This document shows, piece by piece, positions 28,992-37,972 of a stretch of DNA of 47,923 nt. Position numbers and translations under genes: made by a program. Each line of letters begins with the position of its first letter. The first letter of the stretch is position 1. Origin of the DNA: a virus (Duplodnaviria; Caudoviricetes); IMG/VR virus record IMGVR_UViG_3300020045_001232, positions 1 to 47,923 of that record. One strand, 5' to 3'. The notes under the pieces were generated by a model. That model ran no database searches. It saw nothing but the letters and a program-made list of their open reading frames with translations, and was not told the DNA's origin.

Positions 28992-29791
28992 TTAAATCGT
29001 TTAAGAAGGTAGTCCAGGGTGATACTATGGCATTGGAAACTACCGTCGTCGACTTCATACAACATGTGGATTCCTCGGAAGTAGTTGTTTCCTTGGGGTC
29101 CAAGGTAGTCTTCATCATGCAAGTAGCAGCATCCTGCGAAAAGTCCTGTGAGCATTTTGCCATCTGCCCTGTATTCATTGTAAATCTCCATCTTTTGATT
29201 ATGTCCTTGGATACAACTCATATGCTTCTTTGTGACCAAGGCACGAGCAGACGTAATTGCTCGATTCATTACACCCGATGCAAAGTAATGGCTATAAGCA
29301 ATACCATCAATGATTACTGGTACAAGATATGGATGCACTGTCCAACCATATTCATGATATCCCAGATCATCAATAGAGATAGTGCCATCTAGTTTAGAAT
29401 CTTCATTGGTAGCACGATTGATACGATCTTCATGATTACCTAAGAAAAGATCCATACTAGGATGATACTGTTTCTTCCGATTCTTTAAGGCATTCTGATT
29501 AAAGTCTTGTAAGGGTTTCAATAGAACATCCATTGCATGTCGTGAGGCCTGAATATCATCACGATATCGACGACCTTCAAACGAACGTTTACCAAAATCA
29601 TAGACACTAAGAGATGGCATATCAGCAAAGTCACCAAGACACATAACTCGATCTGGTTTCTTCTCTACGATATACTTACCAACAGCGGTTAGGAATGATA
29701 CATCTTGCCCAGGTTTTACTTGTACATCTGGAATTACTAAGTGACAAGTCAACGTAGTAGCCTTTCTTCTTTTGTTTTTTTCTTGTGACAA
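28988..29791 (-). CDS. Calcineurin-like metallophosphoesterase (true start probably TTG 29752)
   Basis: PD-x-Q, LGDFAD, GNHE, SH and GH-x-Q motifs. Confidence 0.85.
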   Translation of the reverse strand: MSQEKNKRRKATTLTCHLVIPDVQVKPGQDVSFLTAVGKYIVEKKPDRVMCLGDFADMPSLSVYDFGKRSFEGRRYRDDIQASRHAMDVLLKPLQDFNQNALKNRKKQYHPSMDLFLGNHEDRINRATNEDSKLDGTISIDDLGYHEYGWTVHPYLVPVIIDGIAYSHYFASGVMNRAITSARALVTKKHMSCIQGHNQKMEIYNEYRADGKMLTGLFAGCCYLHDEDYLGPQGNNYFRGIHMLYEVDDGSFQCHSITLDYLLKRFK

Positions 29792-30096
29792 ACTTTACAA
29801 AGGACTTGTAGATTTTCTTTAGGACAATACAACCTGTCAATAAAGATATTCCAATCCATAAATCCATCACTAGTAGATACGACAGGATCAATGTGATCCA
29901 CCTCCACATCCTTTGCAGGAAATTCATGGAGGCAGTGGGCACAAGTATAATGTTTTGCTAGTCGGCCCGAGTTCTGATTAATCTTCTGTCCAGTACATGC
30001 TTCTATTAGTGTCTCATACTTCGGAGGCCAACGTCTGGCTCCAGTACGTAGTGCAGATACAATGAAACTTTTCTTTCTGCCTGGAGTCCAATCCAT
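29749..30096 (-). CDS. HNH endonuclease
   Basis: CAHC...VDHI-x-P...NLQVLCKVCH-x-x-KT. Confidence 0.85.
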   Translation of the reverse strand: MDWTPGRKKSFIVSALRTGARRWPPKYETLIEACTGQKINQNSGRLAKHYTCAHCLHEFPAKDVEVDHIDPVVSTSDGFMDWNIFIDRLYCPKENLQVLCKVCHKKKTKEERLLR

Positions 30097-30335
30097 TACG
30101 GATTATCCTTGGACTCTTCTGAATAGAGACTACGATTAACTAAATCAAGGGCAGACTTACTGCTTCCATAGATTCCGTCCATTCCCCATTGACAAGAATA
30201 CCAGATGTCATCGGCGGGATCATAATAGGCTCCATTAATATATCGCCCATCGAATACTTCGTAGATTCTAATACTGCTGCCACCTCTAGTCTCAATTGGC
30301 TTGGTAAAACTGAGTGATCGACGCGATGCGCCCAT
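30096..30335 (-). CDS. Hypothetical protein overlapping the exonuclease 3' end
   Basis: GAGGA RBS before ATG 30335; KPIETRGG-x-x-IRI...W-x-x-DG...DL pattern; TAATG coupling to the HNH gene. Confidence 0.6.
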   Translation of the reverse strand: MGASRRSLSFTKPIETRGGSSIRIYEVFDGRYINGAYYDPADDIWYSCQWGMDGIYGSSKSALDLVNRSLYSEESKDNP

Positions 30336-31081
30336 GTTTCTTCCTCTCTTTGCATAATCCATAAACACATAATGTTACGAACAAATCGTTCTGTATCATC
30401 ATTATAGAGATCTAGTACAACGTTAATCATCTCTAGTTCTGTTTCCAGATTATCAATTAATTTTCCTGCTTTAACTGGACCTAGGCCAGCAACACCAATA
30501 ATATTATCTGCCTTATCTCCAATGAGCATTTGCTTATAGCAATACTTAATACCATCTAATGGGGCTGTATAAGTCTTTTCATCTCGTACCCAGTTATAAT
30601 GCCAACCAGGAATCATCAGAAGATCTTTATCAATTGTTGCTATAATGGTTTCAAATGAATTCTTTTTATGTTTTCCTTCGGCAACATCATACACATCTGA
30701 ATAATACAAAGCCATTTGATTTATACCAAGAAGATCATCTGCCTCACATCCCTGAGAAACTGTGGAGTTCCATTCTTTTAATAAAAACTCCTTACAATCT
30801 GCACGGAAGCGAGGATCAACAGTATCTTTACGGTTGGCTTTATACTCTGGATAAACTTTATATCGAAAATTCCCACCACCAGAAATAAAACATTGATACG
30901 TGTCTGCTTGAGTAGTATGGATTAACTCTCGCATGAGAGTATCACACCTTGCTATAGCAATTTCACGTTCAAAGTTTGTTTCTTCTTGTGTTAATTCTCT
31001 TGGTGCTGCTTTCTTAGATGGCTCCATAGATGCTGCGCATCTATAGGCCACAATGTCTCCATCAATAAGTAACTGCATCAC
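30140..31081 (-). CDS. 5'-3' exonuclease / RNase H (T7 gp6-like)
   Basis: LIDGD, NFR...YKANR, EADD, DKDL-x-x-IPG, GD-x-ADNI-x-G-x-x-G-x-G. Confidence 0.92.
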   Translation of the reverse strand: MMQLLIDGDIVAYRCAASMEPSKKAAPRELTQEETNFEREIAIARCDTLMRELIHTTQADTYQCFISGGGNFRYKVYPEYKANRKDTVDPRFRADCKEFLLKEWNSTVSQGCEADDLLGINQMALYYSDVYDVAEGKHKKNSFETIIATIDKDLLMIPGWHYNWVRDEKTYTAPLDGIKYCYKQMLIGDKADNIIGVAGLGPVKAGKLIDNLETELEMINVVLDLYNDDTERFVRNIMCLWIMQREEETWAHRVDHSVLPSQLRLEVAAVLESTKYSMGDILMEPIMIPPMTSGILVNGEWTESMEAVSLPLI

Positions 31082-31626
31082 ATGGGAATATCATCAGCCA
31101 TATCAGCGAAGCCAGTAGGATCACCAAGAGGGATATCCTTCTGGAAAACCCATGCAGCAAAGATGTTTGCTACTTGCAAAGCTTCATCAGCATCTACAGG
31201 TTTCTTATCCACCTTAAGAGATTCAATGGCATTAGACAAACTGGATTGACGAACAATCAACACTTGCCTAGCAGCACGTTCTTCTGGGGTTTCATAAGTG
31301 CTCTTAGGTGATGCAAAGCCCTTAGTAGGTTGGTTGGTGGTTGATTGGGCATCTTGAGGTACCTTATCTGCGCCAAGAGGCACCACAGCAGTCCATTCCC
31401 AGTAAGTCGTTTGCTCATTCTTTTCCGACGTGATAGTAAATTGGCTACCATTTGTTGCCTTGGACAACAGGTTGAAGATTTCCTTATTGGTGAATGAGAC
31501 AACCTTCTTACCCTCAATCTTACCAGTGTCAAGACGTTTGAATGCAACGTCAAGCATGGTGTAGCTACCAGTCTTGGTAGGCTTAGTGGTACTCTGTACA
31601 TTGATGACTTCGATTGCGAATTGCAT
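31078..31626 (-). CDS. Putative single-stranded DNA-binding/annealing protein
   Basis: OB-like beta N-terminus, IVRQSSL helix, acidic DDIPM tail, inside the replication module. Confidence 0.55.
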   Translation of the reverse strand: MQFAIEVINVQSTTKPTKTGSYTMLDVAFKRLDTGKIEGKKVVSFTNKEIFNLLSKATNGSQFTITSEKNEQTTYWEWTAVVPLGADKVPQDAQSTTNQPTKGFASPKSTYETPEERAARQVLIVRQSSLSNAIESLKVDKKPVDADEALQVANIFAAWVFQKDIPLGDPTGFADMADDIPM

Positions 31627-31641
31627 TGTATTCCTTTATAG

Positions 31642-31860
31642 TTAACTAATACGGCTCATAGCATCATTTTCCACTTCTTGTGGATATGAAGTACGTAGGG
31701 ATGAGCCAATCCCATGTACGGGTGATTCAATAGGACATAGTGCACGTGCTTCTCGTTCAAGGAGATCATAATCATAGTCAGATAAGATGTTACTATCTAA
31801 CACATAATAGATGTATCGATTAACGAGTACTTCATGTTCTAATGCTTGTGGTGTATTCAT
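31642..31860 (-). CDS. Stand-alone NAD+-dependent DNA ligase domain Ia-like protein
   Basis: YY-x(6)-SD-x-x-YD-x-L...SP-x-x-x-IG matches the LigA N-terminal domain Ia; no adenylation domain. Confidence 0.7.
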   Translation of the reverse strand: MNTPQALEHEVLVNRYIYYVLDSNILSDYDYDLLEREARALCPIESPVHGIGSSLRTSYPQEVENDAMSRIS

Positions 31861-31870
31861 GACCGACCCC

Positions 31871-32605
31871 CTATACTATAACCTCTTCTAACTCTTTCAT
31901 GTTTGGTCCTGCCCCAACTTCGCACAACAATGGCAAGTTCCAATTAACTCCGAATGCTTTGGAGATACTCTTGGGTAAATCTCGGAATGTTTCATGAATC
32001 ATAATTGTCGCTGGAATGACACTCGCTTGTGGAGCATCCAGTACAATACTATCATGTACAGTGGAGATGAGTTTACCTTCTAGTCCGGATTGCATCCAAC
32101 GATTAGCAAACGTAACACGTGCAACTGCCATGACATCAGCTCCGCATCCTTGATTGACATGGTTACAGATGTCGGGGATGTTCCATTCTGGGCCTCTCGA
32201 CGTTTGTCGTTGAGTGTGTGGGTGATGTCGTCCAAAAGGGCTGATGTTATATCCTCTAGTAGTGACTTCTTGGATGAGTTGGATGTGCTTTTGGTTGAGT
32301 CCATAATATTTCTCAAAGAAGGTATCTATAATCTTTTGCCAGAACTTGACGTTTGTACTTACTTTGCAGAAGTCAGGATCATGTGCATAAGCAAAAGCAG
32401 GCCCGCGATAAATACACCTAAACAGAAAGATCTTACTGATGAGGCGAGATATGAGGTTGAGGTCTTTTTGGTTTTTGGTATGTATGTCATTTAGTTTTGG
32501 GTTGTCCACGAATTCTAACCATTCTTGAATTCCATTCTTATCTTGGCTGAGGAAGAGATACGAAATCCATTCTAAGCTTTTCGCATCTGCATTTATAATT
32601 GCCAT
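31871..32605 (-). CDS. DNA polymerase family A, C-terminal (polymerase) part
   Basis: Motif A NADAKSLE at the very N-terminus, DIH, motif B R-x-x-x-K-x-x-x-F-x-x-x-Y, NH-x-x-QG-x-x-AD, motif C VHDS. Confidence 0.9.
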   Translation of the reverse strand: MAIINADAKSLEWISYLFLSQDKNGIQEWLEFVDNPKLNDIHTKNQKDLNLISRLISKIFLFRCIYRGPAFAYAHDPDFCKVSTNVKFWQKIIDTFFEKYYGLNQKHIQLIQEVTTRGYNISPFGRHHPHTQRQTSRGPEWNIPDICNHVNQGCGADVMAVARVTFANRWMQSGLEGKLISTVHDSIVLDAPQASVIPATIMIHETFRDLPKSISKAFGVNWNLPLLCEVGAGPNMKELEEVIV

Positions 32606-32607
32606 GG

Positions 32608-32787
32608 TTAATAAAAGTTAGGGTAGTATTGGATACTATAACGAGGTTTACTACGTGTTACCTGATCCCGTGAGAATACACAGGTGCCATACTGATTACG
32701 ATAGTAGGCACGTTCTCCGATAATCACACGAAAGCCTTGTGATCGCCAATCATCCCATGTATGGTACGTCCGTCCATTAATTGTCAT
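32608..32787 (-). CDS. 59-aa protein between the polymerase halves (not in the ORF track)
   Basis: MTINGRTYHTWDDWRSQGFRVIIGERAYYRNQYGTCVFSRDQVTRSKPRYSIQYYPNFY. Confidence 0.65.
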   Translation of the reverse strand: MTINGRTYHTWDDWRSQGFRVIIGERAYYRNQYGTCVFSRDQVTRSKPRYSIQYYPNFY

Positions 32788-32872
32788 ATCATATCCATTC
32801 TATATTACTACATTTAGTACATCGGTATGCGTAGTCATTATGACTATGCCCATCATAAACTCTATGAGATGT

Positions 32873-34018
32873 TTACATCTCATATCGGGAACAACAGAAT
32901 TTCTTGCATCCTCCTGGGAGATTTTGTTGATTTGGTTTGGTGCTGCTGAGTCTTCCTGTAACTGCAACGCATTGATTAAACTGTCCATGTACAGTTGAGT
33001 CAGTCCAGGTGTGTTCTTCAATGAGTTTAGGAATGCCGTCATAGTAGGTACCCCGAAGCTTCTCAATTCCTCTTCTGTCAAGTAAAGCTGCAATAATTCT
33101 AGATACTTTTCCTGATCCTTTAAGCGACTTGAGGATGTCTTCATTTGTTCCATAGTATCCTTCCTTAGCTAGTTCACTTCCCTTCAAGGGTTCTACGAGT
33201 CTCTCTAGTTTATATATTTGATTTAGTATTTGATATCGAGGTTGTCCTACCTTATCTCCGGTTTTGTACACTCCGATTGGGATACGAGTTTTTTCTGTGA
33301 TCTCTCCACCATATAACATACAACTGATGTGCGAAGGAGAACCAAGATTAAGAGGGATATCAGGAAATTCTTTATAAATGATTGCATCATACTTGGTACT
33401 TTCTTTCTCCAAGCGTAGAGACTCAGCCTTCGCTTCGTCACATGCAAATAAGAATCCATTATATTCCATCTCCTGTAGTACCAGCAAATCATAACAACAT
33501 ATACGAAATAACTTATACTTACTGGCATGTTCTGGTTTCTTGAACTCAGCTACTTGAGCAAGATAAAGCAAGTAAGTACTAGTGATGTCACCCTTGAGGT
33601 ATCCATCTAAGATTTCATGTGGAATGTCTGGTGTGTCAATCCCTTTATCCCAATACTGTGTCTTAACAACATCTAGTTTACGTTGTAAGTTTCGGCGTTC
33701 ACACGCTTCATCCAGACTAGGGTAACGCCATTGCTGATTGCTAAGGATGAACTCAGCTAACTGGCAATCCCATACAGGAAGACGTATACTAAAGTTAATA
33801 CCGATCCTACGACACCAATGTAAATCGAACTTTGCATTAAAAAGTACGACCAGTGTGGCCGAGTCCAATATGTTTTGTACTCGTTGCACATTATCTGGAA
33901 CAAACGTATGGTAACTGGTATCAGTACCATAGCCACCAAGGACCATATGATTATTGGAAGCAAAGGGATCTCCTTTTTTAAAGGTTGTTGTTTCGACATC
34001 TAGCGAGAAGATTTTCAT
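32873..34018 (-). CDS. DNA polymerase family A, N-terminal part (3'-5' exonuclease and thumb)
   Basis: ExoI DVET, ExoII FNAKFD, ExoIII Y-x-x-x-D, ME-x-NG, TGRLSS-x-x-PN-x-QN. Confidence 0.9.
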   Translation of the reverse strand: MKIFSLDVETTTFKKGDPFASNNHMVLGGYGTDTSYHTFVPDNVQRVQNILDSATLVVLFNAKFDLHWCRRIGINFSIRLPVWDCQLAEFILSNQQWRYPSLDEACERRNLQRKLDVVKTQYWDKGIDTPDIPHEILDGYLKGDITSTYLLYLAQVAEFKKPEHASKYKLFRICCYDLLVLQEMEYNGFLFACDEAKAESLRLEKESTKYDAIIYKEFPDIPLNLGSPSHISCMLYGGEITEKTRIPIGVYKTGDKVGQPRYQILNQIYKLERLVEPLKGSELAKEGYYGTNEDILKSLKGSGKVSRIIAALLDRRGIEKLRGTYYDGIPKLIEEHTWTDSTVHGQFNQCVAVTGRLSSTKPNQQNLPGGCKKFCCSRYEM

Positions 34019-34181
34019 CGAAGTTCATACTCTTCTATATACCAATCTGTTGTATCAAAACGATCTAAAAGAAGTTGCTTTGTTTCTTGACTACTTTTTT
34101 CTATCAAGGCATCTATATTATTTCTATATGCTGCATATACATATGGAGGGTCGTCTTGATTATTACATATTAATAGATAAA

Positions 34182-34367
34182 TCACGTAGTAACTCCTGGT
34201 GGTTCCTCTTCTGTTGGATAACCAACTGGGAAGATAAATCCACTTAGGTTATACTGTGGTCCTACATCTCGTTGTGCATCCTTCATGAAGGCATATGCAC
34301 GTTTCTCAACATCTTCTGCTGTTTCTGCATATACAAACAAATCTACTGGTACTCGAAAACGTTTCAT
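34182..34367 (-). CDS. Hypothetical protein
   Basis: GAGGA RBS; ATGA coupling. Confidence 0.6.
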   Translation of the reverse strand: MKRFRVPVDLFVYAETAEDVEKRAYAFMKDAQRDVGPQYNLSGFIFPVGYPTEEEPPGVTT

Positions 34368-34744
34368 GCTAGTTCCTCTGGTATATCAATCTCATCACCT
34401 AACTTCGAGGCGACGTAGCAGCGCATCGCAGCGATGCGGGGTGTTGGGCCGATATAGCTGTGCAAACTTTCGCCTTTTCTTCGCTTTGCCCCGAAAGGGT
34501 CGCCAAGACAGGCACTCCACAACGTCTCATCTGCCGTGTGCAAGGTGATCCTCTCCCGCTCGATGATCGAGCCACAGATAGCCCAGCTGGTTGAAAACTG
34601 GTAATTCTGATTTCCGGCGTTGGGCCAGAACTTGATTGGGTCGTCGTCGTTTTTAACTCCGATAAACTCAATATTTAGCCCCTCACATTTCGCCACTGTG
34701 TAATCCAGTGGGCGACCGATTAGCTTATTGGTCTTGATTTTCAT
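34364..34744 (-). CDS. NinX-like (DUF2591) protein
   Basis: L-x-G-x-x-LD-x-x-VA, ST-x-W-x-x-x-G-x-IIERE-x-I, GPTP-x-IAAMRC-x-V-x-SKLG. Confidence 0.75.
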   Translation of the reverse strand: MKIKTNKLIGRPLDYTVAKCEGLNIEFIGVKNDDDPIKFWPNAGNQNYQFSTSWAICGSIIERERITLHTADETLWSACLGDPFGAKRRKGESLHSYIGPTPRIAAMRCYVASKLGDEIDIPEELA

Positions 34745-34964
34745 GGCTACTCCTCCAGTTTTCTTCTACCAATAGTGTGCTGATAGTGTTCATTATAAGT
34801 TGTGCTTCGTTTGTGGCTTCACCAACGTCTTGAAAATATTCTGAGGCCACGTAGTTCTCAGGAGTGTATAAGAACTTTTTGATGTCCACGTCAATACTGC
34901 TAATCAATATGGCTAACTTTTGCACTTTATCGTGTATCAAAGTGATTTGTTTGTCTTTTTTCAT
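34725..34964 (-). CDS. Hypothetical protein
   Basis: Tightly packed ORF in the operon. Confidence 0.55.
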   Translation of the reverse strand: MKKDKQITLIHDKVQKLAILISSIDVDIKKFLYTPENYVASEYFQDVGEATNEAQLIMNTISTLLVEENWRSSHENQDQ

Positions 34965-35161
34965 AGTCGATCCATTTTGTTAGGCCACCCTTCGGGGAAT
35001 TCCATAAGGGCCATATCTTTAAAGCGTTTGATATTGAAGAATTGATCTTGTTCAGTTAGGGCATAACAAATAGCATTCACTAATTCTTCCTTGTAACCAA
35101 TAGGAATTGTAGTGTGATTGCGTATTCGTTTAGCCACAGCATCTGCTTCTGCTTGTTTCAT
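34961..35161 (-). CDS. Hypothetical protein
   Basis: ATGA-coupled; F-x-x-x-RF motif. Confidence 0.6.
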   Translation of the reverse strand: MKQAEADAVAKRIRNHTTIPIGYKEELVNAICYALTEQDQFFNIKRFKDMALMEFPEGWPNKMDRL

Positions 35162-36384
35162 GAGTAGTCTTTATACCTTGCAGTAGTGGGTTCTATGATA
35201 CAGTCGACCTTTCCGTGTCTCATAGATGCGTCAGTGTCTAAGTCACCAGATAGTTTGTTCTTACTAGCATGAAGGTGGCGGATGAATTCAAATCCATCTT
35301 GATGTGTAGCTCCAATACCTAATATCCAATCAGCTTCTGCTTGCTTGGCTGTCTTGGCATTCGCTACGTTGTCCATTGTTAGCCACTTCTTTCCTTCACC
35401 TGTACCATCTGCTTGACAGACTCCGATTACTGGGCAATACATCTTTGCTAGTTCCCTAGCCCATTGATAGATGGTTCCCAGACGGAGATCTTCTCGATCC
35501 CCTGTAAAACCCTTAACCTTATCTAGTTGATCAAAGATAATGCAAGAGGGGTTGTACTCGCGGCATATACGTTCTACTTGTGCTTTAGATATACTAGCCG
35601 AATCATATATCTTTAACTTACCTTTGACTAGGGCATGGTAACGGAGGTTGGAGTCTCTCTTATCGATAAACAACTCGTCTCTGGTTACACCTAGAGATGC
35701 TTGATAGCATCGAATCTGAACCTGATTGCCATCCTCTTCGTTGTTAAACCAAAGGATAGGACCATCAGTTTCTGCTAGTTGCTCTGCAAAGTAGGTGACT
35801 TCTGATGCAAGGAATGTAGTCTTACCTGTCTCTGGTCTAGCAAAGATAAAACCAAAGTTACCACGACGAAGACTACCCAACATCTTATTCAATGTTTGAA
35901 GTCGCCATCTTAGTCCATGCCGTGCTACGAAATCTGTATGCAGAGTATCTAGATCATCAGATACAAAGGATGTGTCTTGCACTTCTTCAGCAATATTCCC
36001 ATGCTGAGTGAGACTTTCCTGCAATTCCTGGAAAGATTTCTTACCTTCAGTTACTCCAATAGCAAGTAATGCTACATCATGTGCAAGACTTCGTTCCTTG
36101 TATTGAATCAGTAGTTGTTCAGCTACGTCTTTAGCAACATTAGCTTCTTTAATTACTGTCAATAAGGCTAGAGTTACCTCTTTGTCTTGTTGGATATTAC
36201 TCATTACAGTCAAGCTATATTCGTCGAAGCTTACATCTCTCTGGTACTCTTCCATAAGTTTATCTAAGAAGGTGTAAAGAGTTTGGAGTTCTCTATCATC
36301 CTTGATTGTAATGAATGAGCGATATTTATTGTAAACTTCTAGCTCTAAGAGTACCTTGATTAAGGCAGCTTCTGGTCGAATCAT
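35158..36384 (-). CDS. Replicative helicase (DnaB/T7 gp4-like, SF4)
   Basis: Walker A ARPETGKTT, FNNEE, Walker B IIFDQLD, Q-A, EAD, KNK. Confidence 0.92.
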   Translation of the reverse strand: MIRPEAALIKVLLELEVYNKYRSFITIKDDRELQTLYTFLDKLMEEYQRDVSFDEYSLTVMSNIQQDKEVTLALLTVIKEANVAKDVAEQLLIQYKERSLAHDVALLAIGVTEGKKSFQELQESLTQHGNIAEEVQDTSFVSDDLDTLHTDFVARHGLRWRLQTLNKMLGSLRRGNFGFIFARPETGKTTFLASEVTYFAEQLAETDGPILWFNNEEDGNQVQIRCYQASLGVTRDELFIDKRDSNLRYHALVKGKLKIYDSASISKAQVERICREYNPSCIIFDQLDKVKGFTGDREDLRLGTIYQWARELAKMYCPVIGVCQADGTGEGKKWLTMDNVANAKTAKQAEADWILGIGATHQDGFEFIRHLHASKNKLSGDLDTDASMRHGKVDCIIEPTTARYKDYS

Positions 36385-36385
36385 T

Positions 36386-36805
36386 CTACTCCTTTAGTTT
36401 GTATGCTTCGATGGCGGCGAGGGTCTTATCGTGCCTAACTAGCTGATCCATTTGCCGTTTAACTTCGTCGTCGTATCGTTTGTATCCTGCAAATTCTTTG
36501 GATCGAATCAGTTCAGATTCGACATCATCACGAGACTCGATCAACACCTTCTCGCACTGCTCGATCAGCGCGGCTTGCTGCGCGACCTTGGCTTGTAACA
36601 TAGAGACCTTAGCTTCCAGATGTGCATTAGTATTAAAAAATGCTGTAACTTTCTCTTGTTTGATACTTTGTGCTTTTAGCACACTACGCTCGGCGCCGAT
36701 TCGGGCGAGGATGTCGGCGATCCGCCCGGCTCCATCTTCAATGCCTTCGCCCGGCGTAAGTTGCGCTGCTGCCCATAATTCGTGGGCGATCAGTTCCTTA
36801 TCCAT
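36386..36805 (-). CDS. Hypothetical coiled-coil protein (start re-called)
   Basis: AHELWAAAQL-x-PGEGIEDG motif plus coiled coil; GC-rich patches. Confidence 0.6.
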   Translation of the reverse strand: MDKELIAHELWAAAQLTPGEGIEDGAGRIADILARIGAERSVLKAQSIKQEKVTAFFNTNAHLEAKVSMLQAKVAQQAALIEQCEKVLIESRDDVESELIRSKEFAGYKRYDDEVKRQMDQLVRHDKTLAAIEAYKLKE

Positions 36806-36809
36806 GTTT

Positions 36810-37061
36810 CTATTTCCAATCTTCAATTATAAATTGAGATACAAATACATTTACTTGTTTGTCTAGTAAATTGTATCTATCTTTCACTTCTTTTAGTCTT
36901 GTCTGATAGTACATAAGCGCTTCAACAAAAGCAATTTCTGCTGTTTTTGCTCTTATGGATAGATTCATTCCACGTGTCGTATCATATAACCAAAAACCAT
37001 CAGTGCATTCTGATAGTGATAATGTATCTGTTAGTTGTATGTGAGATAGTTGTTTAGTCAT
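36810..37061 (-). CDS. Hypothetical protein
   Basis: EC-x-DGFWLYD-x-TRGMNL motif. Confidence 0.65.
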   Translation of the reverse strand: MTKQLSHIQLTDTLSLSECTDGFWLYDTTRGMNLSIRAKTAEIAFVEALMYYQTRLKEVKDRYNLLDKQVNVFVSQFIIEDWK

Positions 37062-37794
37062 TTATGTACCTATCTATTTCCTCTATAGAATAATCTTTAG
37101 GTTTCTTATCTGCTAATATTACATGTGTCTCTAACCCAAAGAGTTGTGCTGTATGGGCAGCCTTGATGGCTGTTGTACGTTTGTCTGGATCAAGCCATAT
37201 AGTAATCTTATCATATAATTTACTAATGCGCAAGAGGCGTTGGTTAGATATAGTAGATCCGAAGATGGGACTTACCTCTGCAACACGACTGACTTTGATG
37301 GCACTGATGATGGATTCTACGAGAGTTAGTTCTCTTCCTCTGGTTCCCAAGGTATATATAAAATCATCGACTTTTCCTTGGGTGAACCACTTCCTTTTGG
37401 CTTTATCCGCACCAAATGTTCTCCCTTGCCACCCAAGTAACTCTCCTTCGATGACGTATGGGAACACGAGCATTTGCTTTGACTCTGACCACATGATTCG
37501 GTGTTTGGTTGCAGTATGTTCTGTAAAGCCGTATTGATAGAACCAATTTCTTGCGTCAGTCGGGAGATCTCGGCAGACATCGTATGGGAGAGTGATCTTA
37601 GATTCATTTGTGTTGTGTTGTTGTCCCATTGCAATGAATCTTTTGAGTGCATTCCCAGACCGATGATACCCACAACTATAGCACCAATGATGCCCATCAG
37701 AATATACACCAAGGTTATCTCTTCCATTATCCCTCCCTAATTCATGGCATTTTGGACATTGTTCATGTCTGATGATGTATGTTTCACTCGTCAT
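37054..37794 (-). CDS. DNA primase (zinc-binding domain plus TOPRIM; start re-called to ATG 37794)
   Basis: CPKC...DNL-x-x-Y-x-DGH-x-x-CYSC, Q-x-R, LVES-x-x-SA, WLDPD, PKD; GAGGA RBS. Confidence 0.88.
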   Translation of the reverse strand: MTSETYIIRHEQCPKCHELGRDNGRDNLGVYSDGHHWCYSCGYHRSGNALKRFIAMGQQHNTNESKITLPYDVCRDLPTDARNWFYQYGFTEHTATKHRIMWSESKQMLVFPYVIEGELLGWQGRTFGADKAKRKWFTQGKVDDFIYTLGTRGRELTLVESIISAIKVSRVAEVSPIFGSTISNQRLLRISKLYDKITIWLDPDKRTTAIKAAHTAQLFGLETHVILADKKPKDYSIEEIDRYIND

Positions 37795-37972
37795 ATTCCT
37801 CACGATGGTTTTGTTTTGCTTTACGTTGGCAAAATTCCACCGCCTCATCATCATCTTGTGTACAATGAGTACACAATTCAACATACTCAACCTTCCCTGT
37901 AGCTAGAGAGAATGCCTTTCGACACATCTCTAACTCAGTCATCTTTCTATCACATGCTTTACATCTAGACAT
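37784..37972 (-). CDS. Small zinc-finger protein
   Basis: RCKACD...LCTHC. Confidence 0.65.
   Translation of the reverse strand: MSRCKACDRKMTELEMCRKAFSLATGKVEYVELCTHCTQDDDEAVEFCQRKAKQNHREEYDE

Noticed and set aside
32606-32872. Group I/II intron or intein in the polymerase gap
   Set aside because: No recognisable intron core or homing endonuclease, the gap holds ordinary small ORFs, and neither half has intein terminal residues.
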